A stretch of DNA of 64,000 nucleotides from an uncultured Actinomycetes bacterium (GTDB lineage: Bacteria; Actinomycetota; Thermoleophilia; UBA2241). The notes under the pieces were generated by a model. The model did not search any database. It was not told the DNA's origin and was given only the letters and a program-made list of their open reading frames with translations. Position numbers and translations under genes: made by a program. The DNA lies in assembly GCA_963767005.1 (NCBI GenBank), contig CAVYCN010000008.1, positions 1-64,000 of the forward strand, given 5' to 3'. Shown here in pieces: positions 1-9,453 of this stretch (position 1 is its first letter; every line of letters starts with the position of its first letter).

Positions 1-48
1 GCATGGCTCCCGCGATCGGCGGCCGAGCCAAAGGCCGCGGCAGACGTA

Positions 49-74
49 TTACCCGCCCGTGCGAGCCGTGAAAG
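49..74 (-). promoter_or_regulatory. Possible SigB/SigF-type promoter for a gene leaving the window to the left
   Basis: Minus strand reads CTTT-N16-GGGTAA, with a minus-strand ATG at 4-2. The -35 is a weak match to GTTT. Confidence 0.25.
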
Positions 75-105
75 ATGTGGGCCATGGCACCTGGGCATGC
101 GGCGC

Positions 106-155
106 GGCGGGGGGCGGCGGGGGCCGGCGACAGCCGGCCCCCGCCGCCCCCCGCC
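106..155. repeat. Perfect 23-bp GC-only inverted repeat with 4-nt loop
   Basis: ggcggggggcggcgggggccggc-gaca-gccggcccccgccgccccccgcc; no U-tract. Confidence 0.9.
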
Positions 156-164
156 ATCGGATAC

Positions 165-195
165 CGTTTGCGTGCTAATCGTTAGTACGCTAACG
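165..195. promoter_or_regulatory. Putative MarR operator (AT-rich dyad)
   Basis: cgtttgcgtgctaat-c-gttagtacgctaacg is a 12/15 inverted repeat with a nested perfect cgttag-tacg-ctaacg dyad, 45 nt upstream of the MarR start. Confidence 0.65.
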
Positions 196-239
196 TTTAT
201 CGCGTCCGCCCGTCGTCGACCGTTCGAAGGAGGTGCGCC

Positions 240-757
240 GTGACCAAAGTCGAGACCAGGACCGATGCGGCCTTCAAGATGACGATCCCCGAGCTCGAGG
301 GCGTCGACGAGCTCTCGGCGCGCGTGTTTCGCGCCTTCCTGGCACGCCATGCGGCTGCACCGCCAGCTCATGATCGCGGCGCTGGCCGACAGCGGCACCC
401 ACCCCGGCCAGGCGTTCTGCCTGCGGTTGCTGGCCGTCAACGACGGCGTCGCCCAGCGCGACCTCGCCGACATGCTGCACCTGGCGCGGCCCACCGTCAC
501 CAAGATGCTCCAGGCGATGGAGAAGGCCGGCGCCGTCGAGCGCCGGCCCGACGAGCCGATCAGCGGCTCACGCGCGTGTACCTCACCGCGGCCGGGCGCA
601 GGCTCGAGAAGGAGATGCGGGCCGTGTCGGCGGCCCACATCAACGAGACCATCGCGACGCTGCCGGAGGCCGACCGCCGCGAGCTCGCGCGTCTGCTCGA
701 AGCGCTGAGCGCCAGCATCACGGCGGCGATCGAAGCGCGCCAGAGGCGCGCGCATGA
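240..757 (+). CDS. MarR-family transcriptional regulator (frameshifted in this sequence; end approximate)
   Basis: GGAGG RBS before GTG. Winged helix QRDLADMLHLARPTVTKMLQAMEKAGAVERRPD..DQRLTRVYLT is split over two frames. Confidence 0.85.
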
Positions 758-2489
758 TCCGCCTGATCCGGGAGCGCCTGACGCCCTACTGGCGCCAGAT
801 CCTGCTGGTGCTCGCCCTGCTGTTCGTGCAGGCGATCACCAACCTCTACCTGCCGACCCTCAACGCCGACCTCATCAACAACGGCATCGTCAAGGGCGAC
901 ACGCACTACATCGTGGTCACGGGCGCCTTCATGCTGGGCGTCACCCTGGTGCTGGTGATCGCCACCATCATCGCCGTCTACTGGGGCTCCAAGACGGCCA
1001 TGGCCTTCGGCCGCGACGTGCGCGCCCTCCTGTTTCGCAAGGTCGAGAGCTTCTCGCAGGCCGAGCTCAACCACTTCGGCACGCCCTCGCTGATCACGCG
1101 CATCGACGAACGACGTCCAGCAGGTGCAGATGGTCGTGCTGATGATGCTCAACCTGACGCTCGCGGCGCCGATCATGGCCATCGGCGGCATCATCATGGC
1201 GCTGCGCCTCGACGTGCCGCTCTCGAGCGTGATCCTGGTGGCCGTGCCGGTGATGGGCGTCTTCATCGGCCTCGTGGTGACCCGCGCCCTGCCGCTCTTC
1301 AGGTCGATGCAGAAGAAGATCGACCGCATCAACCAGGTCACGCGCGAGGTGCTGAGCGGCGTGCGCGTGATCCGCGCCTTCGACCGCGTCGGCTACGAGG
1401 AGCAGCGCTTCGACGTGGCCAACGACGACCTCACCGGGACGACGCTGCGGGTGACGCGGCTGTTCGCCGTCATGATGCCGGTCCTGACGCTGATCCTGAG
1501 CCTCTCGACGGTGGCCATCATCTGGTTCGGCAGCATCCAGGTCGCCAACCACGGCATGCCGATCGGCGACCTCACCGCCTTCCTCACGTACATCCTGCAG
1601 ATCCTGATGTCGGTGCTCATGGCGACCATCATGCTCGTCATGGTGCCGCGCGCGTCGGCCTCGGCCGAGCGCATCCAGCAGGTGCTGCACGCCGAGATCT
1701 CGGTCACCGACCCCGAGGCGCCGGTCGTCGACGCGCCCGCGCGCGGCCACGTCGAGTTCAGAGACGTGGAGTTCCGCTACCCGGGCGCCCAGGACCCCGT
1801 GCTTTCGCCACATCTCCTTCACGAGCGGCGCCCGGCGAGGTGACCGCCATCGTCGGCAGCACCGGCAGCGGCAAGTAGCACGCTCATCAACCTCATCCCG
1901 CGCTTCTACGACGTCACCGGCGGCAGCGTCTGCGTGGACGGCGTCGACGTGCGCGAGATGGAGCTGCAGGACCTGTGGCACAGGATCGGGCTCGTGCCGC
2001 AGAAGGCGTTCCTGTTCAGCGGCACGGTGGCCGACAACCTGCGCTACGGCGACGAGGAGGCCTCCGACGAGGAGCTCTGGCACTTCCTCGAGACCGCCCA
2101 GGGCACCGACTTCGTGAGCGAGATGCCCGAGGGGCTCGAGGCGCCGGTCGACCAGGGCGGCGCCAACGTCTCGGGCGGGCAGCGCCAGCGCCTCGCCATC
2201 GCCCGGGCGCTCGCCAAGAAGGCCAGAGATCCAGATCTTCGACGACAGCTTCTCGGCGCTCGACTTCACGACCGACGCCCGGCTGCGCGCGGCCCTCAAG
2301 AAGGAGACGACCGACGCGACCGTGATCATCGTCGCCCAGCGCGTCGGCACCGTCATGCACGCCGACCAGATCATCGTGCTCGAGGACGGCACCATCGTCG
2401 GCAAGGGCACGCACGAGGAGCTCCTGAAGACGAGCGAGACCTACCGCGAGATCGTGGAGTCGCAGCTCGGCGCGGAGGGCGTGGCATGA
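754..2489 (+). CDS. Heterodimeric ABC exporter subunit 1 (TMD+NBD), several frameshifts
   Basis: TM helices, Walker A GSTGSGK, degenerate signature NVSGGQRQR and Walker B IFDDSFSALD pieced together across frames. Stop overlaps the next ATG (ATGA). Confidence 0.9.
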
Positions 2490-4500
2490 GCAGCCCGCAG
2501 GCGCCGTCGTCCGCAGGGCAGGCGGACCGCGCGAGCGACCAGGCGCCGCGCCCGCCCCCCAGGCAGCGCGGCCCGGGCGGCGGCGGACCCGCCGGGGCGC
2601 TCGCCCGGCCGACCGAGAAGGCCAAGGACTTCCGCGGCACGCTCAAGCGCATCGTGGGCATGCTCAGGCCCGAGCGCGCGCGCATCATCGTCGTGCTGCT
2701 GCTCGCCGTCGTGAGCGTGACCTTCGCCGTCCTCGGCCCCAAGATCCTGGGCAACGCCGTGAACATCCTCTACGAGGGCGTCGCCAGCAAGAAGCTGCCG
2801 GCCGGCGTGACGCAGGCGCAGGCCGTCGCCGGGCTCAGGCTCAAGGGCAGAGTCGACGCTGGCGGAGATGCTGTCGGCCATGCACCTGCACCCCGGCCAC
2901 GGCGTCGACTTCGGCGCCCTCGGACGCACCCTGCTGCTGCTGGTCGGCATCTACCTGCTGAGCGCGCTCTTCGGCTGGGGCCAGCAGTACATCATGGCCG
3001 GCGCCGCCCAGCGCACCATGTTCCGCCTGCGCCGCGACGTCGACTTGAAGCTCGCCCGCCTGCCGCTGCGCTACTTCGACGACCACTCCCGCGGCGACGT
3101 GCTCTCGCCGCATGACCAACGACATCGACAACATCTCGCAGTCGCTGCAGCAGAGCCTCACGCAGATCATCACGTCGGTGCTCACGATCATCGGCGTGCT
3201 CATCATGATGCTCACGATCAGCCCGCTGCTGGCCGCCATCTCGGTGCTCTGCGTGCCGCTCTCGTTCGTGCTCACCCTCCTCATCGCCAAGCGCTCGCAG
3301 AAGCAGTTCGCGGCGCAGTGGCAGCACACCGGCGACCTCGGCGGCCACGTCGAGGAGATGTTCACCGGCCACAACGTCGTCAAGGTCTTCGGCCGCCAGG
3401 ACGAGGCGATCGCGACCTTCGACGAGCAGAACGAGCAGCTCTACCAGGCGAGCTTCAGGGCGCAGTTCATCAGCGGCATCATCCTGCCGGTGATGAACTT
3501 CGTCAGCAACCTGAACTACGTGGCGATCTGCGTGGTCGGCGGCCTCGAGGGTCGCCAACGGCACGATGTCGCTCGGCGGCGTGACGGCCTTCATCCAGTA
3601 CTCGCGGCAGTTCACGCATGCCGATCACGCAGGTGGCCAGCATCATGAACGTCCTGCAGTCGACGGCCGCCTCGGCGGAGCGCGTCTTCGAGCTGCTCGA
3701 CGAGACCGAGGAGGAGGCCGACCCGGCCGCGCCGGTCGTGCTCGAGCACACGCGCGGCCACATCACGCTCGAGGACGTGTCGTTCCGCTACCTGGCCGAC
3801 ACGCCGCTGATCGACGACCTGAACCTGGACGTGCGGCCCGGCGAGACCGTGGCCATCGTCGGCCCGACGGGCGCCGGCAAGACCACCCTGGTGAACCTGC
3901 TGCTGCGCTTCTACGAGATCGACCACGGCCGCATCACGATCGACGGCGTCGACGCGCACGACATGACGCGCAGCGACCTGCGCGACCTGTTCGGCATGGT
4001 GCTGCAGGACACCTGGCTGTTCAGCGGCACGATCCGCGAGAACATCGCCTACGGGCGCGAGGGCGCGACCGAGGACGAGGTGCGCGCCGCCGCCCAGGCG
4101 GCGCGCGTCGACCACTTCGTGCGCACCCTGCCCGACGGCTACGACACCGTCCTCGACGACGACGCCACCGCCGTGTCGCAGGGCGAGAAGCAGCTCCTGA
4201 CCATCGCCCGGGCGTTCCTGTCCGACCCCGACATCCTCATCCTCGACGAGGCCACGAGCTCGGTCGACACGCGCACCGAGGTGCTCATCCAGGAGGCCAT
4301 GGCCGAGCTCATGAAGGGCCGCACGAGCTTCGTCATCGCCCACCGCCTCTCGACCATCCGCGGCGCCGACATCATCCTCGTCATGGACCACGGGCACATC
4401 ATCGAGCAGGGCATCGCACGAGGAGCTCATGGAGGCGCGCGGCTTCTACTACGACCTCTACGCCAGCCAGTTCGAGGAGGCCCTCGAAGAGGCGTCGTGA
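2486..4500 (+). CDS. Heterodimeric ABC exporter subunit 2 (TMD+NBD), several frameshifts
   Basis: [30 protein letters not shown] and IAHRLSTI; TMD fragments lie in alternating frames. Confidence 0.9.
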
Positions 4501-4732
4501 CGGCCAACCATCGAGACATCGAGCGCTGCTCGGAGGTCTGGCGCGGCGCGCCTGCGTCGGCCAACGACGTGGCCCGCGTCGATCTGTGCATCGCGGCGGT
4601 CAGGTGCTCGTGGTCGAACGGCGGCTCCACGAACTCTACGTCCAAGCGCCCGAGCGTCGCGCGACAGTGCCGGCGACACACGCTGGCTCTTGCCCGGAAG
4701 GGCCACCTCCTTCGAGCGTGTCGCGAGCCCCG

Positions 4733-5596
4733 TCAACTCGTGTGGCGAACACCTCGCAGGAACTCACGCACGGTTGCGACAGCCTCCGCCTGCAGTCGCG
4801 CTTTGCCCTCCTCGTCTGATGGCTCCGCGAGGAATGAAGCGTACGCGTGAGGACCATCTTGCTTGATGTCCCGGAAACGGTCCTCCGCAAGCTCGAGAGC
4901 CTCCAGGACCTGCGCATGCGCTGCAACAGGACTTGACGCCGCGGCCCGGCCGGCTGTGAGGGGGCCGCCGTCGCGGTTCAGAAGGGTGAACACCAGGTCA
5001 TAGGCATCCTTGTTCTCGTGGCGATCCTGGAAGGCGAGGATCTTCAGTACGGTGTAAGGCAGCAAGTTGGCCACGCGAACCCCGACACGCGACATCCCGC
5101 CGCCGTCGAGGCGTTCTCCTTCGATGCTGCATTCGATGAAGTCGGCGCGGGCGAGCTGCGCTCCGCGGACGTTGAATGCTCCAAGTTTCGACCCGGTGGA
5201 TTCGCCCTTCGGCCGATAGATCCGCCCACGTGGAACTTGATCGGTCTCGCACAGGAACTCAACCTTCACCTTGACGCCGTCCACACTCCGAGACCAGCGA
5301 AAGCTCGGTTCCTCTTGCGCGAAGCAGGCCTTCTCGAGATTGCTCTGCAGCGTGCTGTAGGTTTCCGGCGCCTCATCACCTAAGGCGAGACCTATGACCA
5401 GGTCGACATCCGTAGTGCCGACATGCGCGTGCGCACCCTCCGGCAGGCGTCCGACCAGGTATCGAGGCGCCAGACCACCGGCCAAATAGAATCGCTGTCC
5501 CCAGGGTCCCAGATCTCCCAGCAGTGTGAGCAGCACGCGCTCACACCGACCGGTCGTCGCTTCGTCGTAGTCGGTGTGGTGCGCCCGCGGGGTCAA
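4733..5596 (-). CDS. Pol-beta-like nucleotidyltransferase, AbiEii/MenT-like type IV toxin
   Basis: YLAGGLA, GTTDVDL and LK..AFQDR...KDAYDL motifs; start overlaps the upstream gene's stop (TTGA). Confidence 0.75.
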   Translation of the reverse strand: MTPRAHHTDYDEATTGRCERVLLTLLGDLGPWGQRFYLAGGLAPRYLVGRLPEGAHAHVGTTDVDLVIGLALGDEAPETYSTLQSNLEKACFAQEEPSFRWSRSVDGVKVKVEFLCETDQVPRGRIYRPKGESTGSKLGAFNVRGAQLARADFIECSIEGERLDGGGMSRVGVRVANLLPYTVLKILAFQDRHENKDAYDLVFTLLNRDGGPLTAGRAAASSPVAAHAQVLEALELAEDRFRDIKQDGPHAYASFLAEPSDEEGKARLQAEAVATVREFLRGVRHTS

Positions 5597-6630
5597 AAGC
5601 CGATGATCTCCCTACGCAGATTGTCGGCCTGTTCTCGACCCCGGCGTGGATTCGTACGCAAATCGAAATACAGCCGGAAGCGGTTAGCCAGCCAGAGGCC
5701 CTCTTTTCGCTCGGAGAAGGCAAGCGGCGTGTCACCCTTCGCCTGCAAGAAGACCAGATTATGCCCATCGCTGACCTGGTCGGCTCCGACAGCGTCACAC
5801 AATTCGCGCTGCGCCGCAGCAGCGCTCACCGATACCTCCACGACAGGTATTGCCGTTACGAAGGGGGCGACGAGGCTGGTCGCGGCAGCTCCCGTCAGCG
5901 CATAGTCAGTTCCAACAGCACCCAGGTTCTTTCCGAGCTGTCTGATCAACTGCTGCGGCGTTTGCGACAGCAGATGGGCGAGGGTCCGCGCAGGGTGCTC
6001 GTAGTTCTCCTCAGCCCAGAGATCAAGAAGTGCCGTTGGGTTGGTCACGCGGCGAACTCGAGCTGGTCCGCTCCCCTCCGCCGCGACGATCGCCTCGAGT
6101 TCCAGTCGGGCCAGGACACGGTGCGCAAAGCCGACCGAGATTCGTGCTTCCGTGGCCAGCTCCGAGACTTTCCAGTCGTGTTCCGGGTGGAGTAGAAGTG
6201 CCTGAGCAGCTACACCAGCCCTTCCTGCGAGCCGTGTCGGCACCGCCTTCGCGGAGCGTCGGCGAGCCTCCACATGAAAGAGGAGGCCCGGAAGCTCGAT
6301 GTGCGCATTGCCAGAACCATCGACTACCGCAATTCCGTGCTCAACCAGAATCTCCCGTGCTTCTTCGGTCGTCTCCTGGGCGACGAGAATCCGGCGGGTC
6401 TGGGTCTGAGCGGTCTGTTGAACAACGTGCCACGCAGTTGCTGCATTGACGCGTAGTTTGAACTCGACCGCGACGGGTGTTTCCGAGCCGCCGAACCGAA
6501 GGATTGCTGGGAGACCGCGATTCGCGTGGAGCGGCTCTGAACTCACCGTGAGGCCGGGGATTTCCCGCAACACTCGCAGTGCCTCAGACTCAAGCGGCCC
6601 TTGAATGTTTACTGATTCGCGCTTATTCAC
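5593..6630 (-). CDS. AbiEi-like antitoxin / winged-helix regulator
   Basis: Central HTH (WKVSELATEARISVGFAHRVLARLE), ALLDLW, YALTGAAA and C-terminal LYFDL....RGREQA. Start placed at GTG 6630, just downstream of the promoter. Confidence 0.7.
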   Translation of the reverse strand: MNKRESVNIQGPLESEALRVLREIPGLTVSSEPLHANRGLPAILRFGGSETPVAVEFKLRVNAATAWHVVQQTAQTQTRRILVAQETTEEAREILVEHGIAVVDGSGNAHIELPGLLFHVEARRRSAKAVPTRLAGRAGVAAQALLLHPEHDWKVSELATEARISVGFAHRVLARLELEAIVAAEGSGPARVRRVTNPTALLDLWAEENYEHPARTLAHLLSQTPQQLIRQLGKNLGAVGTDYALTGAAATSLVAPFVTAIPVVEVSVSAAAAQRELCDAVGADQVSDGHNLVFLQAKGDTPLAFSERKEGLWLANRFRLYFDLRTNPRRGREQADNLRREIIGF

Positions 6631-6668
6631 AGCGGTTGTGAATATAGCCAATTCCGTAAAAATTGCAA
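6608..6668 (-). promoter_or_regulatory. Sigma70-type promoter overlapped by a long inverted-repeat operator
   Basis: TTGCAA-N16-TATATT on the minus strand; perfect TATTCACA-N5-TGTGAATA core (6624-6644) inside a 24-bp-arm imperfect IR (6608-6660). Confidence 0.75.
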
Positions 6669-6864
6669 GAGTCCGGCAGGGCCTTACGTCCGTGACCATG
6701 GACTTTGGTATCAGGCGAGTCTGCCGCTGCCATCGAACCTTTGATCGACGCATCGGTGGTGATGGGCCTCGTAAACGTGGCAGGTGTGTTCGAGCGGCTC
6801 CACTGTCCAGCGCGGAGTCAGCGCCGTTCTGGGGACCTACCCTGACACCCTCTTAGCGCGACGA

Positions 6865-8820
6865 CTACGCCGCCCCGCCCCGCTTGGCGGCTTTCTTGCG
6901 CTCCTCTGAGCTCAGCACGTGCTTGCGCACCCGCACGGAGGCGGGCGTGACTTCGACGAGCTCGTCGCCGGCGATCCACTCGAGGGCGCTCTCGAGCGTG
7001 AGGGTGCGCACCACCTTGAGACCGGCGTCGATGTCCTTGGTGGATTGCCGGTAGTTGCCGAGCTGCTTGCGCTTGGTGGGGTTGCACAGCATGTCGTCGG
7101 CGCGCGAGTTCTCGCCCACGATCATGCCCTCGTAGACGCGCTCCATGGGCCGCACGAACAGGACGGCGCGCTGCTGTAAGTTCTCGAGGGAGTAGCCGGC
7201 CGCCTCGCCGCTCGCCTGGCTCACCAGCGAGCCGCGGTCGCGGCTCGGCAGCTCGCCGGCCCACGGCCCGTAGCCTATGAAGCGCGAGCTCATGACCCCC
7301 AGGCCGCGGGTCTCGGTCAGGAACTCGTTGCGGTAGCCGATCAGGCCGCGCGTCGTGATCGTGAACTCGAGGCGCACGAGGCCGGTGAGGCTGGCGTGCA
7401 TGGCGGTGAGCTCGCCCTTGCGCAGGCTGATTGCCTGGATCACGGTGCCCTGGTAGTCGTCGGGCACGTCGATGACGAGCTCTTCGAGCGGCTCCAGCAA
7501 CCGGTCGCGGTCGTCGCGGCGGGTGATCACCTCGGGCTTCGAGACGCAGAGCTCCATGCCTTCGCGGCGCATCTCCTCGATCAGGATGGCGAGGTGCAGC
7601 TCGCCGCGGCCCGAGACCTTGACGCCGTCGGGCCGCCCCAGGTCCTCGACGCGCAGCGCCACGTTGACGCGCAGCTCGCGCTCGAGGCGGTCCTTGATCT
7701 GGCGCAGCGTCACGGCGCGGCCGTCCTCGCCGGCGAACGGGCCGTTGTTGACGAGGAAGAACATGCTGACCGTGGGCTCCTCGATCTCGAGCGGCGGGAG
7801 GGCCACGGCGGCCGGGTCGAGCGCGGGCGCGGCCAGCGTGTCGCCGATGGCGATCTCGTCGGGCCCGGCGAGCCAGACGATGTCGCCGGCCGCGACCTCG
7901 TCGACCTCGCGGTTCTCGAGGCCGCGCGTCACCCAGAGATGGGTGGCGCGCGCCGTCTCCTCGCCGGCGAGCTCGTAGGCGCCGTCGTCGGCGGGCGGCG
8001 AGCTGCGCCGCGTCGAGACGCGGCGCAGCTCACCGCCCGCCGCGAGGCGGCCCTGCAGCACCCGGCCGCAGCCGATGCGCCCGATGTAGTCGCTCCAGGC
8101 CAGTGTGCTCACCTGCATGAGGAAGGGCGCCTCGAGGTCGACCTGGGGCGGCGGTACCGCGGCGACGATGGTCTCGAAGAGGTCGCGCATGCCGAGGGCG
8201 GCGAGCTCGGCGCGCAGGGCCGGCGAGAGCACGCCGCCCTCGGCCAGATGGGCCTCGCGGTCGCGCTCCTCGCGGCGGTACTCGTCGATGTCGCTCACGA
8301 TCCAGCCCTCGAGGCCCGAGCCGTAGAGCACGGGGAAGTCGAGTTGCTCGTTCGACGCGCCCAGCTCGACGAACAGGTCGAAGGTCGCGTCGAGGGCGCC
8401 CGACGGGTCGGCGTTGGGACGGTCGGCCTTGTTCACCACGACGATCGGGCGCAGGCCCAGGCGCAGCGCTCGCATGAGCACGTAGCGGGTCTGGGGCATG
8501 GGCCCCTCGTTGGCGTCGACCAGGAGCAGCACCGAGTCGACCATGCTGAGCACGCGCTCGACCTCGCCGCTGAAGTCGGCGTGGCCGGGCGTGTCGATGA
8601 TGTTGATCAGGTACTCGTGCCACTCGACCGTGCAGTGCTTGCTGCGGATCGTGATGCCGCGCTCGCGCTCGAGGTCGTTGCTGTCCATGACGCGTTCTTC
8701 GACCCGGGCGTTCTCGCGAAACACGCGGGCGGCGCGGAAGATGGCGTCGATCAGCGTCGTCTTGCCGTGGTCGATGTGGGCCACGATGGCGAGGTTGCGG
8801 ATGCGGTCTGGGGGGTGCAT
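6865..8820 (-). CDS. typA: Translational GTPase TypA/BipA
   Basis: [64 protein letters not shown]; TACACT -10 at 8885-8890. Confidence 0.97.
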   Translation of the reverse strand: MHPPDRIRNLAIVAHIDHGKTTLIDAIFRAARVFRENARVEERVMDSNDLERERGITIRSKHCTVEWHEYLINIIDTPGHADFSGEVERVLSMVDSVLLLVDANEGPMPQTRYVLMRALRLGLRPIVVVNKADRPNADPSGALDATFDLFVELGASNEQLDFPVLYGSGLEGWIVSDIDEYRREERDREAHLAEGGVLSPALRAELAALGMRDLFETIVAAVPPPQVDLEAPFLMQVSTLAWSDYIGRIGCGRVLQGRLAAGGELRRVSTRRSSPPADDGAYELAGEETARATHLWVTRGLENREVDEVAAGDIVWLAGPDEIAIGDTLAAPALDPAAVALPPLEIEEPTVSMFFLVNNGPFAGEDGRAVTLRQIKDRLERELRVNVALRVEDLGRPDGVKVSGRGELHLAILIEEMRREGMELCVSKPEVITRRDDRDRLLEPLEELVIDVPDDYQGTVIQAISLRKGELTAMHASLTGLVRLEFTITTRGLIGYRNEFLTETRGLGVMSSRFIGYGPWAGELPSRDRGSLVSQASGEAAGYSLENLQQRAVLFVRPMERVYEGMIVGENSRADDMLCNPTKRKQLGNYRQSTKDIDAGLKVVRTLTLESALEWIAGDELVEVTPASVRVRKHVLSSEERKKAAKRGGAA

Positions 8821-9050
8821 CGGGGTGGAGCGGTCCCTTCGTCGGTCCATTGGACGGCCGGGCGGCGTGGCCGCGGCCCCTGAGAGTGTACACGCCCCGG
8901 GGGGGAGCGGTCGCGCCGCGGCCGTCGGGGGCCGCTGCCAGCCGTTCCACAGGCTGGTGAACATTCCTTAATACGCTGCTGACAGTGTTTTGCCACGATC
9001 GCGGGTAGAAGCCCGCCGACCGTCCAGCTCAGATGATCAAGGAGGGACCG

Positions 9051-9329
9051 ATGTCGAAGAAGCTTCTCGCCGCAGTCGCGGTCGTTGCGGTCCTGGTGCT
9101 CGCGGTGTGGGTCGTCCCGACGGCCTTCGGCAGCGGGACCGGGTCGAAAGCCACGCCGGCGACGACCACGGCGGCGAGCTCTCCAGCGCCGTCGCCCTCG
9201 CACGGCACGAGCGGTTGCGATCACGCGTCGAGCTCGGCGTCGACGACGACCACGGCGGCAAGCTCCGCCACGCCGGGCACGGGCACCGCGAACTGCGACC
9301 ACGCCGCGACGCCGACGACCACGCAGTGA
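9051..9329 (+). CDS. Small secreted Ser/Thr-rich protein with two CDHA motifs
   Basis: AAGGAGG RBS, signal peptide MSKKLLAAVAVVAVLVLAVW..AFG, low-complexity mature part. Confidence 0.8.
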   Translation: MSKKLLAAVAVVAVLVLAVWVVPTAFGSGTGSKATPATTTAASSPAPSPSHGTSGCDHASSSASTTTTAASSATPGTGTANCDHAATPTTTQ

Positions 9330-9334
9330 GAGGA

Positions 9335-9450
9335 CGCGCGGCCGGCCCGCCGGCCGGCCGCGCGCCGGTGACAGACGAGGGGCGGCTCCCGCAGGCTTGC
9401 GGGAGCCGCCCCTCGTCGCGTCGGCGCCGGGGTCGCATGCGACCCCGGCG
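9335..9450. terminator. Three consecutive hairpins between convergent genes
   Basis: 13-bp IR 9335-9364, perfect 20-bp IR 9374-9417, perfect 26-bp palindrome 9425-9450. Confidence 0.75.
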
Positions 9451-9453
9451 GCA

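Noticed and set aside
1870-1885. In-frame TAG after Walker A read as pyrrolysine or readthrough
   Set aside because: The protein resumes in another frame (GK-STLINL), so this is a one-base insertion.
240-4500. Programmed ribosomal frameshifting in the MarR/ABC genes
   Set aside because: There are too many scattered shifts, with no slippery heptamers or consistent stimulatory structures.
4501-6864. Prophage, IS or integrative element around the TA pair
   Set aside because: No transposase, integrase, tRNA, att-like direct repeats or terminal inverted repeats were found by eye.
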